A stretch of DNA of 64,000 bases. It comes from Alphaproteobacteria bacterium. Lineage in GTDB: Bacteria > Pseudomonadota > Alphaproteobacteria > GCA-2731375. The notes under the pieces are model-generated. The model was not told where the DNA came from. It worked only from the letters and a program-made list of their open reading frames with translations, and made no database searches. Both the position numbers and the translations under genes were made by a program. Within the stretch, counting starts at the first letter, position 1, and the number at the start of each line of letters is the position of its first letter. This document shows positions 10,214 to 20,554 of this stretch, in pieces. The stretch is from assembly GCA_965232515.1 (NCBI GenBank), contig CBDDPY010000002.1:704001-768000 (forward strand), written 5' to 3'.

Positions 10214-11020
10214 CTAGAACCGATAGCCCAGCATGGCGCCGCCGAAGAACTGGGTATCGGACTCGCTCAACGGGCTGTCCCCGGCGTCGCCGATCAGCAG
10301 GTTCGCGCGGGCATCGAAGGCGACATAGACGTTCTTCGTGACGTCGTAGATGATCTGGACGTAACCGCCGACGTCGCGGATGCTGGCCTCGGCCGTGAAC
10401 GCCTCCCGTCCGGGACGTACCTGATCGTCGGCAACGCCGAAAAAGGATTCTGCGTAGGTGTCGCTCATATAGGCCACGTTGGCGCCGATGATCAGGCTGG
10501 AATTCGGACCGAACCGGCCGCCATAGGCGGCATCCGCGCTGGCCAGAAAGCCTTCGTGTCCGGTGCCGACGTCCTGGGCGAAGCTGAGCTGCAGCCTGAA
10601 AGGTCCGTTATAGAGCTCGCCGAACAGTCCGACCTCGATCGCGGGATCGATGTCCGGAATGCCTTCGAGCGCATCACTGCCGCCGGAATCACGGCCGTAG
10701 TCGACCGTAAGCCGCGGCCCGAAACGGATGTTGCCCTTTTTATAGAAGGCCCAGCCGAGGCCGCGCTGCGTGCTGAGGAAGAACTCGCCGCGATACTCGA
10801 CGTCGGCCAGCAATAACGGCTTCAGCTCATACTGGTCGCCGCCAAGGTATTCCGGCGCGACACCCGCGCCGGCCGCGATGTTCGTTCGGAACGCTTCCGG
10901 TGTCGCGGGCTTGACCGCATTGCCGCTGGACAGCCAGTTCCCCCAATCGAGGTATTCGCCCGACCATGCCGGCGTCGCAACGACGCAGACAAGTCCGGCG
11001 GCCAGCAGCAGTTTTTTCAT
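10214..11020 (-). CDS. MipA/OmpV family outer membrane protein
   Basis: Signal peptide (MKKLLLAAGLVCVVATPAWS), PEYLG, YMSDTYAESFFGV, C-terminal YRF; ATG 11020 has an RBS. Confidence 0.85.
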   Translation of the reverse strand: MKKLLLAAGLVCVVATPAWSGEYLDWGNWLSSGNAVKPATPEAFRTNIAAGAGVAPEYLGGDQYELKPLLLADVEYRGEFFLSTQRGLGWAFYKKGNIRFGPRLTVDYGRDSGGSDALEGIPDIDPAIEVGLFGELYNGPFRLQLSFAQDVGTGHEGFLASADAAYGGRFGPNSSLIIGANVAYMSDTYAESFFGVADDQVRPGREAFTAEASIRDVGGYVQIIYDVTKNVYVAFDARANLLIGDAGDSPLSESDTQFFGGAMLGYRF

Positions 11021-11098
11021 TCGCCTCACCTTTACGACGGCGGCGGGAAGGTATCCGGTGGCTGCTTGGTGCGCAAGGCGGGCGAGCTAGGTTTTGTT

Positions 11099-11134
11099 GA
11101 CATTCAAGGGATTGCTTCTGCGGCGGATTTTGAC
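11099..11134 (+). repeat. Diverged direct repeat, copy 1 (left flank of cassette)
   Basis: GACATTCAAGGGATTGCTTCTGCGGCGGATTTTGAC; core 11111-11134 matches 13242-13265 at 23/24. Confidence 0.75.
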
Positions 11135-11189
11135 TTGGCATCCTACCGGCCTAGTTGAGTATCCTGGCAACCACCGATAGCATTCATGG

Positions 11190-12014
11190 ATGGACGGTCA
11201 CGAAACAGACGTGCCGATAGATATCGACTTTGCCGATATCGAACTATATCCACGTTTCCTTGGCGGTATATTTGGTGGTGATGGCGTTGCCCCAACTCGA
11301 GGCAACAACTTTCCGGTTGACTTCGAGCTTTGCTGCGAACTGCAGTTCACGTCGGTACTGCCACCCTTGGACCTCGGAGACATCGAAGTCCAAATTGAGT
11401 TGAAGGCGGCCCGGCTGACCCTTGAACTCACAGACTGTGAGATGCCGCTTTCGCAGCAGAATTATAGAGATCTCGCCCTTGAGAAGGCGTCATTAGTTCA
11501 TGCGCGACAGAGTCGGTCATTCGCCAAGTTGGCAGCTTCTCTAAGGGCAAAGCTCGGGCTCTCTTTAGGAGGCCCTGAAGCAGAAGTCAGCGCAGGACAC
11601 GAACGGGAGTTTGAAACCCAACTCAAAGCCGAACTTGTGCGCCATGTGGTGAATCGCGGTGTAAGGGGGCAAGGCTACCCGAACTATCTCATCGCAGATC
11701 CGCTTGGTCGACCTTTGACGGGCACGGTGATTCACAAAGACGATCGCGAAAACGGGGTGCTTGGAGCGTTGACCAACAGGTCGCCTACGGCTTGGCAAGT
11801 GAAACCGATGCTCGAGATCTCGCTGAGCATCAAACGGATAACGGAGCGGCAAGGAGGCGCATTGCAGGTCCTGAAAACGAACGCTAGGCATGACATCAAA
11901 CAAAGGCGTGCCATGACACAGTTGCAGCTTGTCCAACGCGTGCTTGAAAGGAAGGCTGTCAGGCAACGTCCTTTCGATCCGTGCAAGGCAAGTGATCACC
12001 TGCGGGAAGTCTGA
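11190..12014 (+). CDS. Hypothetical protein, lower GC, with candidate amphipathic beta-hairpin
   Basis: 274-aa ORF with many A/T-ending codons; 3 bp from next gene; no family recognised. Confidence 0.7.
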   Translation: MDGHETDVPIDIDFADIELYPRFLGGIFGGDGVAPTRGNNFPVDFELCCELQFTSVLPPLDLGDIEVQIELKAARLTLELTDCEMPLSQQNYRDLALEKASLVHARQSRSFAKLAASLRAKLGLSLGGPEAEVSAGHEREFETQLKAELVRHVVNRGVRGQGYPNYLIADPLGRPLTGTVIHKDDRENGVLGALTNRSPTAWQVKPMLEISLSIKRITERQGGALQVLKTNARHDIKQRRAMTQLQLVQRVLERKAVRQRPFDPCKASDHLREV

Positions 12015-12017
12015 TCC

Positions 12018-13085
12018 ATGCGCGTTCCTGACCAAGTTGCCATGGCCATCAATGAAATCTTGAAGGACGAGCACAATGACTTCCTTGGCCTCGTAGCAAA
12101 GTCCAACCTAGATCCTGCCAGCGATTTTCGGTCGGCGGATTTGAGCGGTTCGGATCTCTCAAGATGCGATCTGAGCCATTTTGATTTTGCTGAGGCCGAT
12201 CTGCGCGCATGCGACCTCACAAAAACGAGGCTGCCGTCGGGTATTGCTGTCGAACAGATCAATGGTTCTGTGCTGAATGACACCTGGATTGGCGACCAAC
12301 CGATGCGGCCCGAGGACTTGCCCAATTTGGGTTCGTTCCAGGAGGCGGAATTCGCGCCGGAGATGGTGGTAATCCCAGCGGGTCGGTTTTTGATGGGGTC
12401 GCCGGAGGATGAGGAACGGCGCCGTGATAATGAAGGCCCGCAGCATGAAGTGACAATTGACTACCGGTTCGCTGTCGGTCGATACGTGGTTACGTTCGAC
12501 GAGTTCGACATGTTCTGTTCGTTGACAGGACGAACAGGGTCGAATGACGAAGGCTGGGGCCGCGACCGGAATCCTCTGATCTACGCCAGTTGGGAGGATG
12601 CTCAAGCCTACCTCAACTGGCTGAACTTGAATTTGACGCGGGCCTTCTCGTCGCCGCCCTATCGTCTGCTATCTGAGGCCGAATGGGAGTATTGCTGCCG
12701 GGCGGGTTCGGAGAAACCGTTTAGCTTTGGCGAAAAGATTTCGAAGGACCAAGTGAATCACGGAGGCGTCCTTACCCTTACTGGTGTACAGGGGAATTCC
12801 TACCCGACTCGGACGTTGCCAGTTGGTACTTTGCCTGCAAACGGCTGGGGCCTTTTTGAGATGCATGGGAATGTCTGGGAGTGGGTCGATGACACGTGGC
12901 ACAATAGCTACGAGGGTGCGCCAACAGATGGCAGCGCCTGGACCGATGGAAAAGGAATGGGGCGTGTCTTGCGCGGTGGTTCCTGGCGCGAACCTATCAG
13001 AGGTGTTCGTTCTGCCAGCCGCACCGGGCGCATTTCTGGCGAGAGGCGCTTTGACATCGGTTTCCGCGTTGCCAAGACGCTCTGA
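12018..13085 (+). CDS. Pentapeptide-repeat + FGE-sulfatase (SUMF1/CLec-fold) domain protein, non-catalytic
   Basis: Repeats ADLSG/SDLSR/CDLSH/FDFAE/ADLRA/CDLTK; FLMGSP, EGPQH, YRLLSEAEWEY, EMHGNVWEW, RVLRGGSW, IGFRVA; lacks the FGE CxxxxC cysteines. Confidence 0.88.
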   Translation: MRVPDQVAMAINEILKDEHNDFLGLVAKSNLDPASDFRSADLSGSDLSRCDLSHFDFAEADLRACDLTKTRLPSGIAVEQINGSVLNDTWIGDQPMRPEDLPNLGSFQEAEFAPEMVVIPAGRFLMGSPEDEERRRDNEGPQHEVTIDYRFAVGRYVVTFDEFDMFCSLTGRTGSNDEGWGRDRNPLIYASWEDAQAYLNWLNLNLTRAFSSPPYRLLSEAEWEYCCRAGSEKPFSFGEKISKDQVNHGGVLTLTGVQGNSYPTRTLPVGTLPANGWGLFEMHGNVWEWVDDTWHNSYEGAPTDGSAWTDGKGMGRVLRGGSWREPIRGVRSASRTGRISGERRFDIGFRVAKTL

Positions 13086-13143
13086 CTGAAAGAATCGGTT
13101 GCCACCGTCGTCGATCCTGAATAGCCATCCATTGACCAATCCG

Positions 13144-13191
13144 AGCTTCAAACGTGTCTCTGTGGCGCGCCACGGAGACACGTTTGAAGCT
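13144..13191. repeat. 48-bp near-perfect palindrome (hairpin/cruciform)
   Basis: AGCTTCAAACGTGTCTCTGTGGCGCGCCACGGAGACACGTTTGAAGCT; arms complementary except one T.G pair; no U-tract. Confidence 0.9.
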
Positions 13192-13230
13192 ATCTATATT
13201 CGTTGCGCAGCCGTCGCATTGGGGCTTCTA

Positions 13231-13265
13231 GACATTAAGCAATTGCTTCTGCGGCGGCTTTTGAC
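13231..13265 (+). repeat. Diverged direct repeat, copy 2 (right flank of cassette)
   Basis: GACATTAAGCAATTGCTTCTGCGGCGGCTTTTGAC. Confidence 0.75.
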
Positions 13266-13322
13266 GACGCCGTGTGTCTGGTCGCGGCATGCGGGTGGGG
13301 ATGCATTGGGGCCACCAGAAAC

Positions 13323-14150
13323 GAGTCTAGTCACGAGGGCCGGAGTCTGAATTCAAGGCTGAAAACTGGAGGCAAGCCGTAAACCGTGGCTTACTTGACG
13401 ACGAGCAATGGCAGCGGATCACCCCGCTGCTTCCCGGCAAGCCCGGTGGTCCGGGCCTCTCCGGCGACAACAACCGGCTATTCGTGGAAGCTATCCTGTG
13501 GGTGGTGCGCGTTGGTGCCCCCTGGCGTGACCCGCCGTCACATTTCGGCAACTTGAGCTCCGTGTGGAAGCGGTTCCGGCGCTGGGCCGAGAAACGGCGT
13601 GTTCGAGTGCATCTTCAGCGAACTCTCGCGGGATCCGGACTTCGAGTACGCCCCCGTCGTCGGCACCATCGTCAAGGTCCATCGCCACGGCTGCGGCGGA
13701 AAAGAGGGGGGCTCAAAATCAGGCCATCGGCAAATCGCGTGGCGGGCTGACCACCAAGATCGTCGTCCTGGCCGATACGCTTGGCAACCTGGCCCTCCTT
13801 GTCCTGCTGCCCGGCCGGCGCCACGAAAGCATCGGCGTCGAGCCGCTCATAACCAGCCTCGATGTCGATGCCATGATCGCTGACAAGGCTTTCGACAACA
13901 ACGCCGTGCGGGCCAATCTGAACGAGCGCGGCGCGGCCGCCGTGATCCCCTCCAAGGCAGATCGCAAAATCCACATCCCGCACGACACCGAGATGTACAA
14001 GTGGCGCCACCTGGTCGAGAACCCGTTTCAGAGATTCAAGGATTTCCGCCGCATCGCCACACGATAAGACAAGATCGACACAAGCTACGCCGCCGCAATC
14101 CAACTCGTCGCGGCATTGCTCGCCTTGAAGTGAACGTCTACAGACCCTAG
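13323..14150 (+). mobile_element. Degenerate IS5-family (IS427-like) insertion sequence
   Basis: Transposase remnants; right end TGAACGTCTACAGACC-CTAG is typical of the group; left end is eroded and its position approximate. Confidence 0.8.
13378..14133 (+). pseudogene. IS5-family transposase pseudogene
   Basis: LLDDEQWQRITPLLPGK, NRLFVEAILWVVRVGAPWRD, GKSRGGLTTKI, IADKAFD, YKWRHLVEN..FRRIATR; start appears mutated (GTA), extra frameshift near 13595, premature TAA 14065-14067 where Tyr is expected. Confidence 0.85.
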
Positions 14151-15262
14151 TCGATGCCGAGCTTGCGGCCGGCGAGTTCGGCAATTGCCAGCGACGAGGT
14201 CAGGCCGGGCGATTCGATGCCATAGAGGTTAACCAGGCCATCGACGCCATGGACCTCCGGTCCCTGAACGACGAAGTCCGCGGCCGGTTCGCCCGGCGCC
14301 TGAAGCTTCGGGCGCACGCCTGAATAGGCCGGTTGCAGGGCGCCGTCGGCGAGATCCGGATAGTACCGGCGTACCGCCTCGTAGAAGTCATCGGCGCGGG
14401 TCGGATCGACATCGTAGTCGATGCCGTCAATCCATTCCTGATCGGGCCCGAAACGGACCTGCCCCGCCAGATCGACGGTGACATGCACGCCGAGGCTGGC
14501 GCTCGCCGGCACGGGGTAGATCAAGCGACCAAAGGGCTGACGGCCGAGCAGGGAGAAGTAGCTGCCCTTGCAGAAGTATTGCGCCGGCACGCTGGCCGTC
14601 GGGATACCGTCGATGCTATGGGCGACGTTCTGTGCATGCAGGCCGGCTGAATTGACCAGCAGGTCGCAGGCAAGCCGCGTTTCAACACCCTGATCGTCGG
14701 CGACGCGAACTTCGATACCGTCGTTCGAAATCTGTCCGCCAACAATCCGGCTCATGAAAGCGATCATGGCGCCGTGGTCTTCGGCGTCGCCCTGGTAGGC
14801 CAGCATCAGGCCGTGGCTGTCGATGACACCCGTGGATGGCGACATCAGAGCGGCCGTGCAACGCAATGCCGGCTCGAGACGATGCGCTTCGTCGGCATTG
14901 ACGAAGTAGAGGTCGTCGACGCCATTCACCGATGCCCGGCGTTTGATGTCTTCGAGAACGGCGACCTCGTCGTCGCTGGTCGCGACGATCAGCTTGCCGC
15001 AGCGGATGTGCGGCACGCCGTGGCTGGCGCAATAGTCGTAGAGCGCGTGCTTGCCGGCGACGCACAGACGGGCCTTCAGGCTGTCCTTGGCGTAGTAGAT
15101 GCCGGCGTGGATGACCTCGCTGTTCCGCGACGACGTCTCGGTGCCAATGGCATCAGCCGCTTCCAGCACGACGACCTCGATGCCGCGCATCGCCAAATGC
15201 CGGGCCACCGCCAAGCCAACGACGCCGGCTCCGACGACCAGACACTGAACCCGATCGGTCAC
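14147..15262 (-). CDS. FAD-dependent oxidoreductase, L-2-hydroxyglutarate oxidase (LhgO)-like
   Basis: [48 protein letters not shown]; probable GTG start at 15262. Confidence 0.87.
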   Translation of the reverse strand: MTDRVQCLVVGAGVVGLAVARHLAMRGIEVVVLEAADAIGTETSSRNSEVIHAGIYYAKDSLKARLCVAGKHALYDYCASHGVPHIRCGKLIVATSDDEVAVLEDIKRRASVNGVDDLYFVNADEAHRLEPALRCTAALMSPSTGVIDSHGLMLAYQGDAEDHGAMIAFMSRIVGGQISNDGIEVRVADDQGVETRLACDLLVNSAGLHAQNVAHSIDGIPTASVPAQYFCKGSYFSLLGRQPFGRLIYPVPASASLGVHVTVDLAGQVRFGPDQEWIDGIDYDVDPTRADDFYEAVRRYYPDLADGALQPAYSGVRPKLQAPGEPAADFVVQGPEVHGVDGLVNLYGIESPGLTSSLAIAELAGRKLGID

Positions 15263-15445
15263 TTGAGCGTTACAAGGCCAGGCCCGGCAATGCCGCCGAA
15301 CCCTGATTTTGGCTTGATTATGGGCAGAAACATGGCGGCATCCTACCGGGATTGCCGGCCGAGGCAAATCGCACGGTCAAGTAGCTGTGATTTGCCTCGT
15401 CCCGGTATCCCGACGACGATTGCCGGGGCCGAGAAAGGACATCGA

Positions 15446-16429
<984 letters not shown>

Positions 16430-16594
16430 CGACGAATTCGTAATGCCCGGCAGGCGCACGCCATCGGCCGCGCGCCTGCGACGATTGCGACCAATCGGCC
16501 CCGAATCTAGCCACTGGACAGCGGCAATTCGAATACAATCTAATTAGTTAGCTGAAACACTGTCGCGTCGGCAAGGCACGGGATCGAGAGCGAG

Positions 16595-17302
16595 ATGGCT
16601 CAAGACAAACGACCGGTTCCGAAGCAAGATGATGACACCGACGTCCGCTCGTTCTTGAACAAGGTGGCCGCGACGCCGGTGGTCAAGGCCGCAGGCGTGC
16701 GCGGACGGCTGCTGTTCGGTATGGATGCGACGGCCAGCCGCGAGCCGACTTGGGATACGGCCTGTCAGATTCAGGGCGACATGTTCGCCGAAACCGCGTC
16801 TCTGGGCGGTCTCGACGTGCAACTCGCCTATTATCGGGGCTTCCACGAGTTCAGAGCGACGCCCTGGGTATCCAGCTCCGCCGACCTGATCCCCTATATG
16901 ACCCGCGTCCGGTGCCTCGGCGGACATACGCAGCTCGAGCGCTTGCTGCGTTACGCCGCGAAGGAAACGAAACAGAAACGGATCAACGCCCTGGTGTTTA
17001 TCGGCGACGCCTTGGAGGAGCAGGTCGATTCCGTATGCGCCGTGGCCGGGGAATTGGGGATGCTGGGCGTGCCTTGCTTCATGTTTCACGAAGGGCACGA
17101 CCCTATCCCATTGCGGGCTTTCAAACAGATCGCAACGTTGACGAACGGCGCTTACTGCCGGTTCGATGCCTCCAGCGCGGCGATGTTGAAGGAGCTGCTG
17201 AGCGCCGTGGCCGTCTTCGCCGCCGGTGGCCGGCCGGCTCTGGCCGACTACGGCAAACGCCGCGGCGGCGCCGTGCTGCAACTCGCGCATCAGGTGAAGT
17301 GA
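16595..17302 (+). CDS. VWA domain-containing protein
   Basis: MIDAS-like [19 protein letters not shown]. Confidence 0.8.
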   Translation: MAQDKRPVPKQDDDTDVRSFLNKVAATPVVKAAGVRGRLLFGMDATASREPTWDTACQIQGDMFAETASLGGLDVQLAYYRGFHEFRATPWVSSSADLIPYMTRVRCLGGHTQLERLLRYAAKETKQKRINALVFIGDALEEQVDSVCAVAGELGMLGVPCFMFHEGHDPIPLRAFKQIATLTNGAYCRFDASSAAMLKELLSAVAVFAAGGRPALADYGKRRGGAVLQLAHQVK

Positions 17303-17318
17303 CCGCGCTGCTCGACGA

Positions 17319-18068
17319 ATGATCGGCTTCTTTATCCTCGGTATCTGTCTGATCGCCGCGATATTGCTGGCGGGCAAGTGGTTCGTGAACGCCGATCCGG
17401 CCAAGCTGGCGAAGCTGGTCCGCTACGTGCCGGCAGGTATCCTTGGCGCGGCGGCCCTGTTTCTGATGGTGACCGGCAAGTTTTTTGCCGGCGTGCCGCT
17501 GGCCGCGCTGGCGCTGAGCTTGATCCGGGGCTGGCGGCTGCCGGGTTTTCGGTTTCCCACCGGCGCGGGCCCGGCGTCCGGACAGTCATCGAACGTCGAG
17601 ACCGAGTATCTGCGGATGACGCTGTCGCACGACAGCGGCGTGATGACGGGAACCGTCTTAAGAGGCGCCTTCGCGGGTCAGGAACTGGGCGAACTGAACA
17701 TGGATCAGCTTGTGGCGTTGATGTCCGAGTGCGCCCGCGAGGACCCGGGATCGGCGCAACTGCTGGAGACGTATCTGGAACGCACGGTGGGGCCGGACTG
17801 GCGCGACCAGGCCCAAGGGGCCGCGGCCGGGGAGGCGGCGGGAGACGCGCGGTCCTCGAAATGGGGCGGCAGCGCGGGCGCGAGCGCCAATACCCCCATG
17901 ACCAGCGAGGAGGCCCGGGAAATACTGGGCGTGGCGCCCGGCGCCAGCAGCGACGAGATCAAGGAAGCGCATCGGCGGCTGATGCTGAAAGTGCATCCCG
18001 ACCAGGGCGGGTCGACCTATCTGGCGGCAAAAATTAACCAGGCCAAGGATATATTGCTGGGCGTATAA
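17319..18068 (+). CDS. Membrane-anchored J-domain protein (Pam18/Tim14-like C-terminal J domain)
   Basis: N-terminal TM helices; [43 protein letters not shown]. Confidence 0.85.
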   Translation: MIGFFILGICLIAAILLAGKWFVNADPAKLAKLVRYVPAGILGAAALFLMVTGKFFAGVPLAALALSLIRGWRLPGFRFPTGAGPASGQSSNVETEYLRMTLSHDSGVMTGTVLRGAFAGQELGELNMDQLVALMSECAREDPGSAQLLETYLERTVGPDWRDQAQGAAAGEAAGDARSSKWGGSAGASANTPMTSEEAREILGVAPGASSDEIKEAHRRLMLKVHPDQGGSTYLAAKINQAKDILLGV

Positions 18069-18281
18069 CTGGCCGAAGCCGAGGTAGCCGCCGTCCGTGA
18101 CATTCCTGGGTCTGTGACCGCTGACACTTGCGCGGTGATATCCGCCATGGCAAAACCGCGCCGACGTCGCGGAAATCCGAGTGTTTTCGAATAGTTGCGC
18201 GTCTGACACGTTGCTGTCGTCGATACCGTATTAACCATAAATCCACACGCCTCCACCACGCCAAGACCTGCAAGGAAATCA

Positions 18282-19154
18282 ATGAAAGTTCGCAAAGCCG
18301 TCTTTCCCGTGGGTGGCCTCGGCACCCGGTTTCTGCCGGCGACCAAGGCGCTGCCGAAGGAGATGCTGCCGATCGTCGACAAGCCGCTGATCCAATACGC
18401 CGTGGAGGAGGCCCAGGCGGCCGGGGTCGAGGAATTCATTTTCGTCACGGGCCGCGGCAAGAGCGCGATCGAGGACCACTTCGATTTCTCGTTCGAATTG
18501 CAGGAGACGCTCAGTTCCAGGGGCAAGACCGAGGAGCTGGATTCGATCAGCCATTGGCTGCCGCCCGCCGGACAGGTGGCCTATACCCGGCAGCAAGAGC
18601 CGCTGGGCCTGGGCCACGCCGTGTGGTGCGCGCGTCATCTGGTCGGCGACGAGCCGTTCGCGATTTTCCTGGCCGACGACCTGATCCTGAGCAAGACGCC
18701 GGCACTGAAGCAGATGGTGGAGGTTTTCGCCGAGACCGGCGGCAATGTGGTCGCCGTGATGGACGTGCCAAGAGAACATACCCAGCGCTATGGAATCCTC
18801 GATGTCGCCGCCGACGATGGCCGGCTGGCCGAGATCAAAGGGCTGGTCGAGAAGCCGCATCCGGATGCGGCGCCGTCCACCCTGTCGGTCATTGGCCGGT
18901 ATATCCTGCTGCCCGAGGTGTTCGAGTATCTGAGCGCCATGGAGCGTGGCGCGGGCGGCGAGATCCAACTGACCGACGCCATGGCGAAACTGATCGGCAA
19001 GTCGCCGTTCCACGGCCTGCGGTTCGAAGGCCGGCGTTTCGATTGCGGCGACAAGCTGGGATTTCTGCAGGCGACCGTGGCCTTCGGTTTGGAACGGGAC
19101 GACCTGCGTGACGGATTGAAGGAATTTCTGACGGAAGTAGCGACGGCCGGTTAG
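18282..19154 (+). CDS. galU: UTP-glucose-1-phosphate uridylyltransferase
   Basis: GLGTRFLPATKALPKEMLP, LGLGHAV, VEKP, GEIQLTDA. Confidence 0.95.
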   Translation: MKVRKAVFPVGGLGTRFLPATKALPKEMLPIVDKPLIQYAVEEAQAAGVEEFIFVTGRGKSAIEDHFDFSFELQETLSSRGKTEELDSISHWLPPAGQVAYTRQQEPLGLGHAVWCARHLVGDEPFAIFLADDLILSKTPALKQMVEVFAETGGNVVAVMDVPREHTQRYGILDVAADDGRLAEIKGLVEKPHPDAAPSTLSVIGRYILLPEVFEYLSAMERGAGGEIQLTDAMAKLIGKSPFHGLRFEGRRFDCGDKLGFLQATVAFGLERDDLRDGLKEFLTEVATAG

Positions 19155-19204
19155 CCGCAACTATCGGGGCGCCGGGCTGATATCGTAAGAAGGAGAGGGC
19201 CGCT

Positions 19205-20554
19205 ATGCGTGTGGCGATGATTGGAACCGGATATGTCGGCCTGGTGTCCGGCGCGTGCTTTTCCGAGTTCGGGCATGACGTGGTCTGCATCGACACCGAT
19301 GAGACCAAGATCAAGACCCTGAAAGACGGCCGTATCCCGATCTACGAGCCCGGCTTGGACAAGCTGGTGGAGAGCAACGTGCGGGCGGAACGGCTGTCGT
19401 TCACGACCGACGGCAGCGAGGCGGTGGCGCAGGCCGACGCGGTGTTCATCGCCGTCGGCACGCCCAGCCGGCGCGGCGACGGCCACGCTGATCTGAGCTA
19501 CGTGCATCAGGCGGCGCGCGACATCGCCAAGCATCTGGATGGCTATACGGTCGTGGTGACGAAATCGACCGTGCCGGTCGGCACCGGCAGCGAAGTCGAG
19601 GGCATCATCCGCCAGGCCCGCCCGGAGGCGGAGTTCGACGTCGCGTCCAACCCGGAATTCCTGCGCGAGGGCGCGGCGATCGAAGACTTCATGCGGCCCG
19701 ACCGCATCGTCGTCGGCGTCGACAGCGAGCAGGCGCGCGAAGTGATGCGCGAGCTTTACCGGCCACTCTATCTGCGCGAGACGCCGTTGCTGTTCACCGG
19801 CCGGCCGACGGCCGAATTGATCAAGTACGCCGCCAACAGTTTTCTCGCCACCAAGATCACCTTCATCAACGAGATCGCCGATCTCTGCGAGCAGGTGGGC
19901 GCCAATGCGCAGGAAGTGGCCAAGGGCATCGGTCTGGACGGGCGCATCGGCTCGAAGTTCCTGCACCCCGGTCCTGGCTACGGCGGCAGCTGCTTCCCGA
20001 AGGACACGCTGGCGTTGCTGCGCACCGCCGAGGCGGCGGGCACGCCGCTGCGCATCGTCGGCGCCACGGTCGAGGTCAACGACGACCGCAAGCGCCGCAT
20101 GGCGGACAAGATCGCGGCGGCCTGCGGCGGCTCCATCCAAGGCAAGACCATCGCGGTGCTGGGGCTGACATTCAAGCCCAACACCGACGATATGCGCGAC
20201 TCGCCCAGCCTGGAAATCGTGCCGGCGCTGCAGCAGGCCGGCGCGACGCTCAGGGTCTACGACCCCGAGGGCATGGAGGAAGCCAAGAAGCTGCTGAAGG
20301 ATGTGATCTGGTGCGACAGCGCCTACGAGACCATGGGTGGCGCCGATGCGTTGACGATCATCACCGAATGGAACGAATTCCGGGCGCTCGATCTGGATCG
20401 CGTCAAGGCGCTGATGCGGGAACCGATCATTGTCGATCTGCGGAACATCTATCCGCCGGAGCAGATGATCGCCGCCGGCTTCCGCTACGAGTCGGTGGGT
20501 CGGCCGCTGAACAACGACGCCAACGACGTCGTGTCGAGCGATGCAGCGGCATAA
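19205..20554 (+). CDS. ugd: UDP-glucose 6-dehydrogenase
   Basis: [42 protein letters not shown]. Confidence 0.93.
   Translation: MRVAMIGTGYVGLVSGACFSEFGHDVVCIDTDETKIKTLKDGRIPIYEPGLDKLVESNVRAERLSFTTDGSEAVAQADAVFIAVGTPSRRGDGHADLSYVHQAARDIAKHLDGYTVVVTKSTVPVGTGSEVEGIIRQARPEAEFDVASNPEFLREGAAIEDFMRPDRIVVGVDSEQAREVMRELYRPLYLRETPLLFTGRPTAELIKYAANSFLATKITFINEIADLCEQVGANAQEVAKGIGLDGRIGSKFLHPGPGYGGSCFPKDTLALLRTAEAAGTPLRIVGATVEVNDDRKRRMADKIAAACGGSIQGKTIAVLGLTFKPNTDDMRDSPSLEIVPALQQAGATLRVYDPEGMEEAKKLLKDVIWCDSAYETMGGADALTIITEWNEFRALDLDRVKALMREPIIVDLRNIYPPEQMIAAGFRYESVGRPLNNDANDVVSSDAAA

Noticed and set aside
13144-13191. Palindrome as an integron attC site (AAC...GTT present)
   Set aside because: Too short (about 42 bp between core sites), poor RYYYAAC/GTTRRRY match, no extrahelical bases, no integrase or second cassette
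11000-14200. Complete DGR or retron
   Set aside because: No reverse transcriptase, Avd or template repeat recognisable in the window
11137-15349. 13-bp match GGCATCCTACCGG at 11137 and 15337 as outer element boundaries
   Set aside because: Matches of this length are expected by chance in 64 kb of GC-rich DNA, and the enclosed lhgO-like gene looks native
14774-15445. Long N-terminal extensions in the ORF track (DUF3179, lhgO-like, clpA, divK, P450, NUDIX)
   Set aside because: They overlap neighbouring genes or intergenic DNA; downstream starts with RBS and family-typical N-termini fit better
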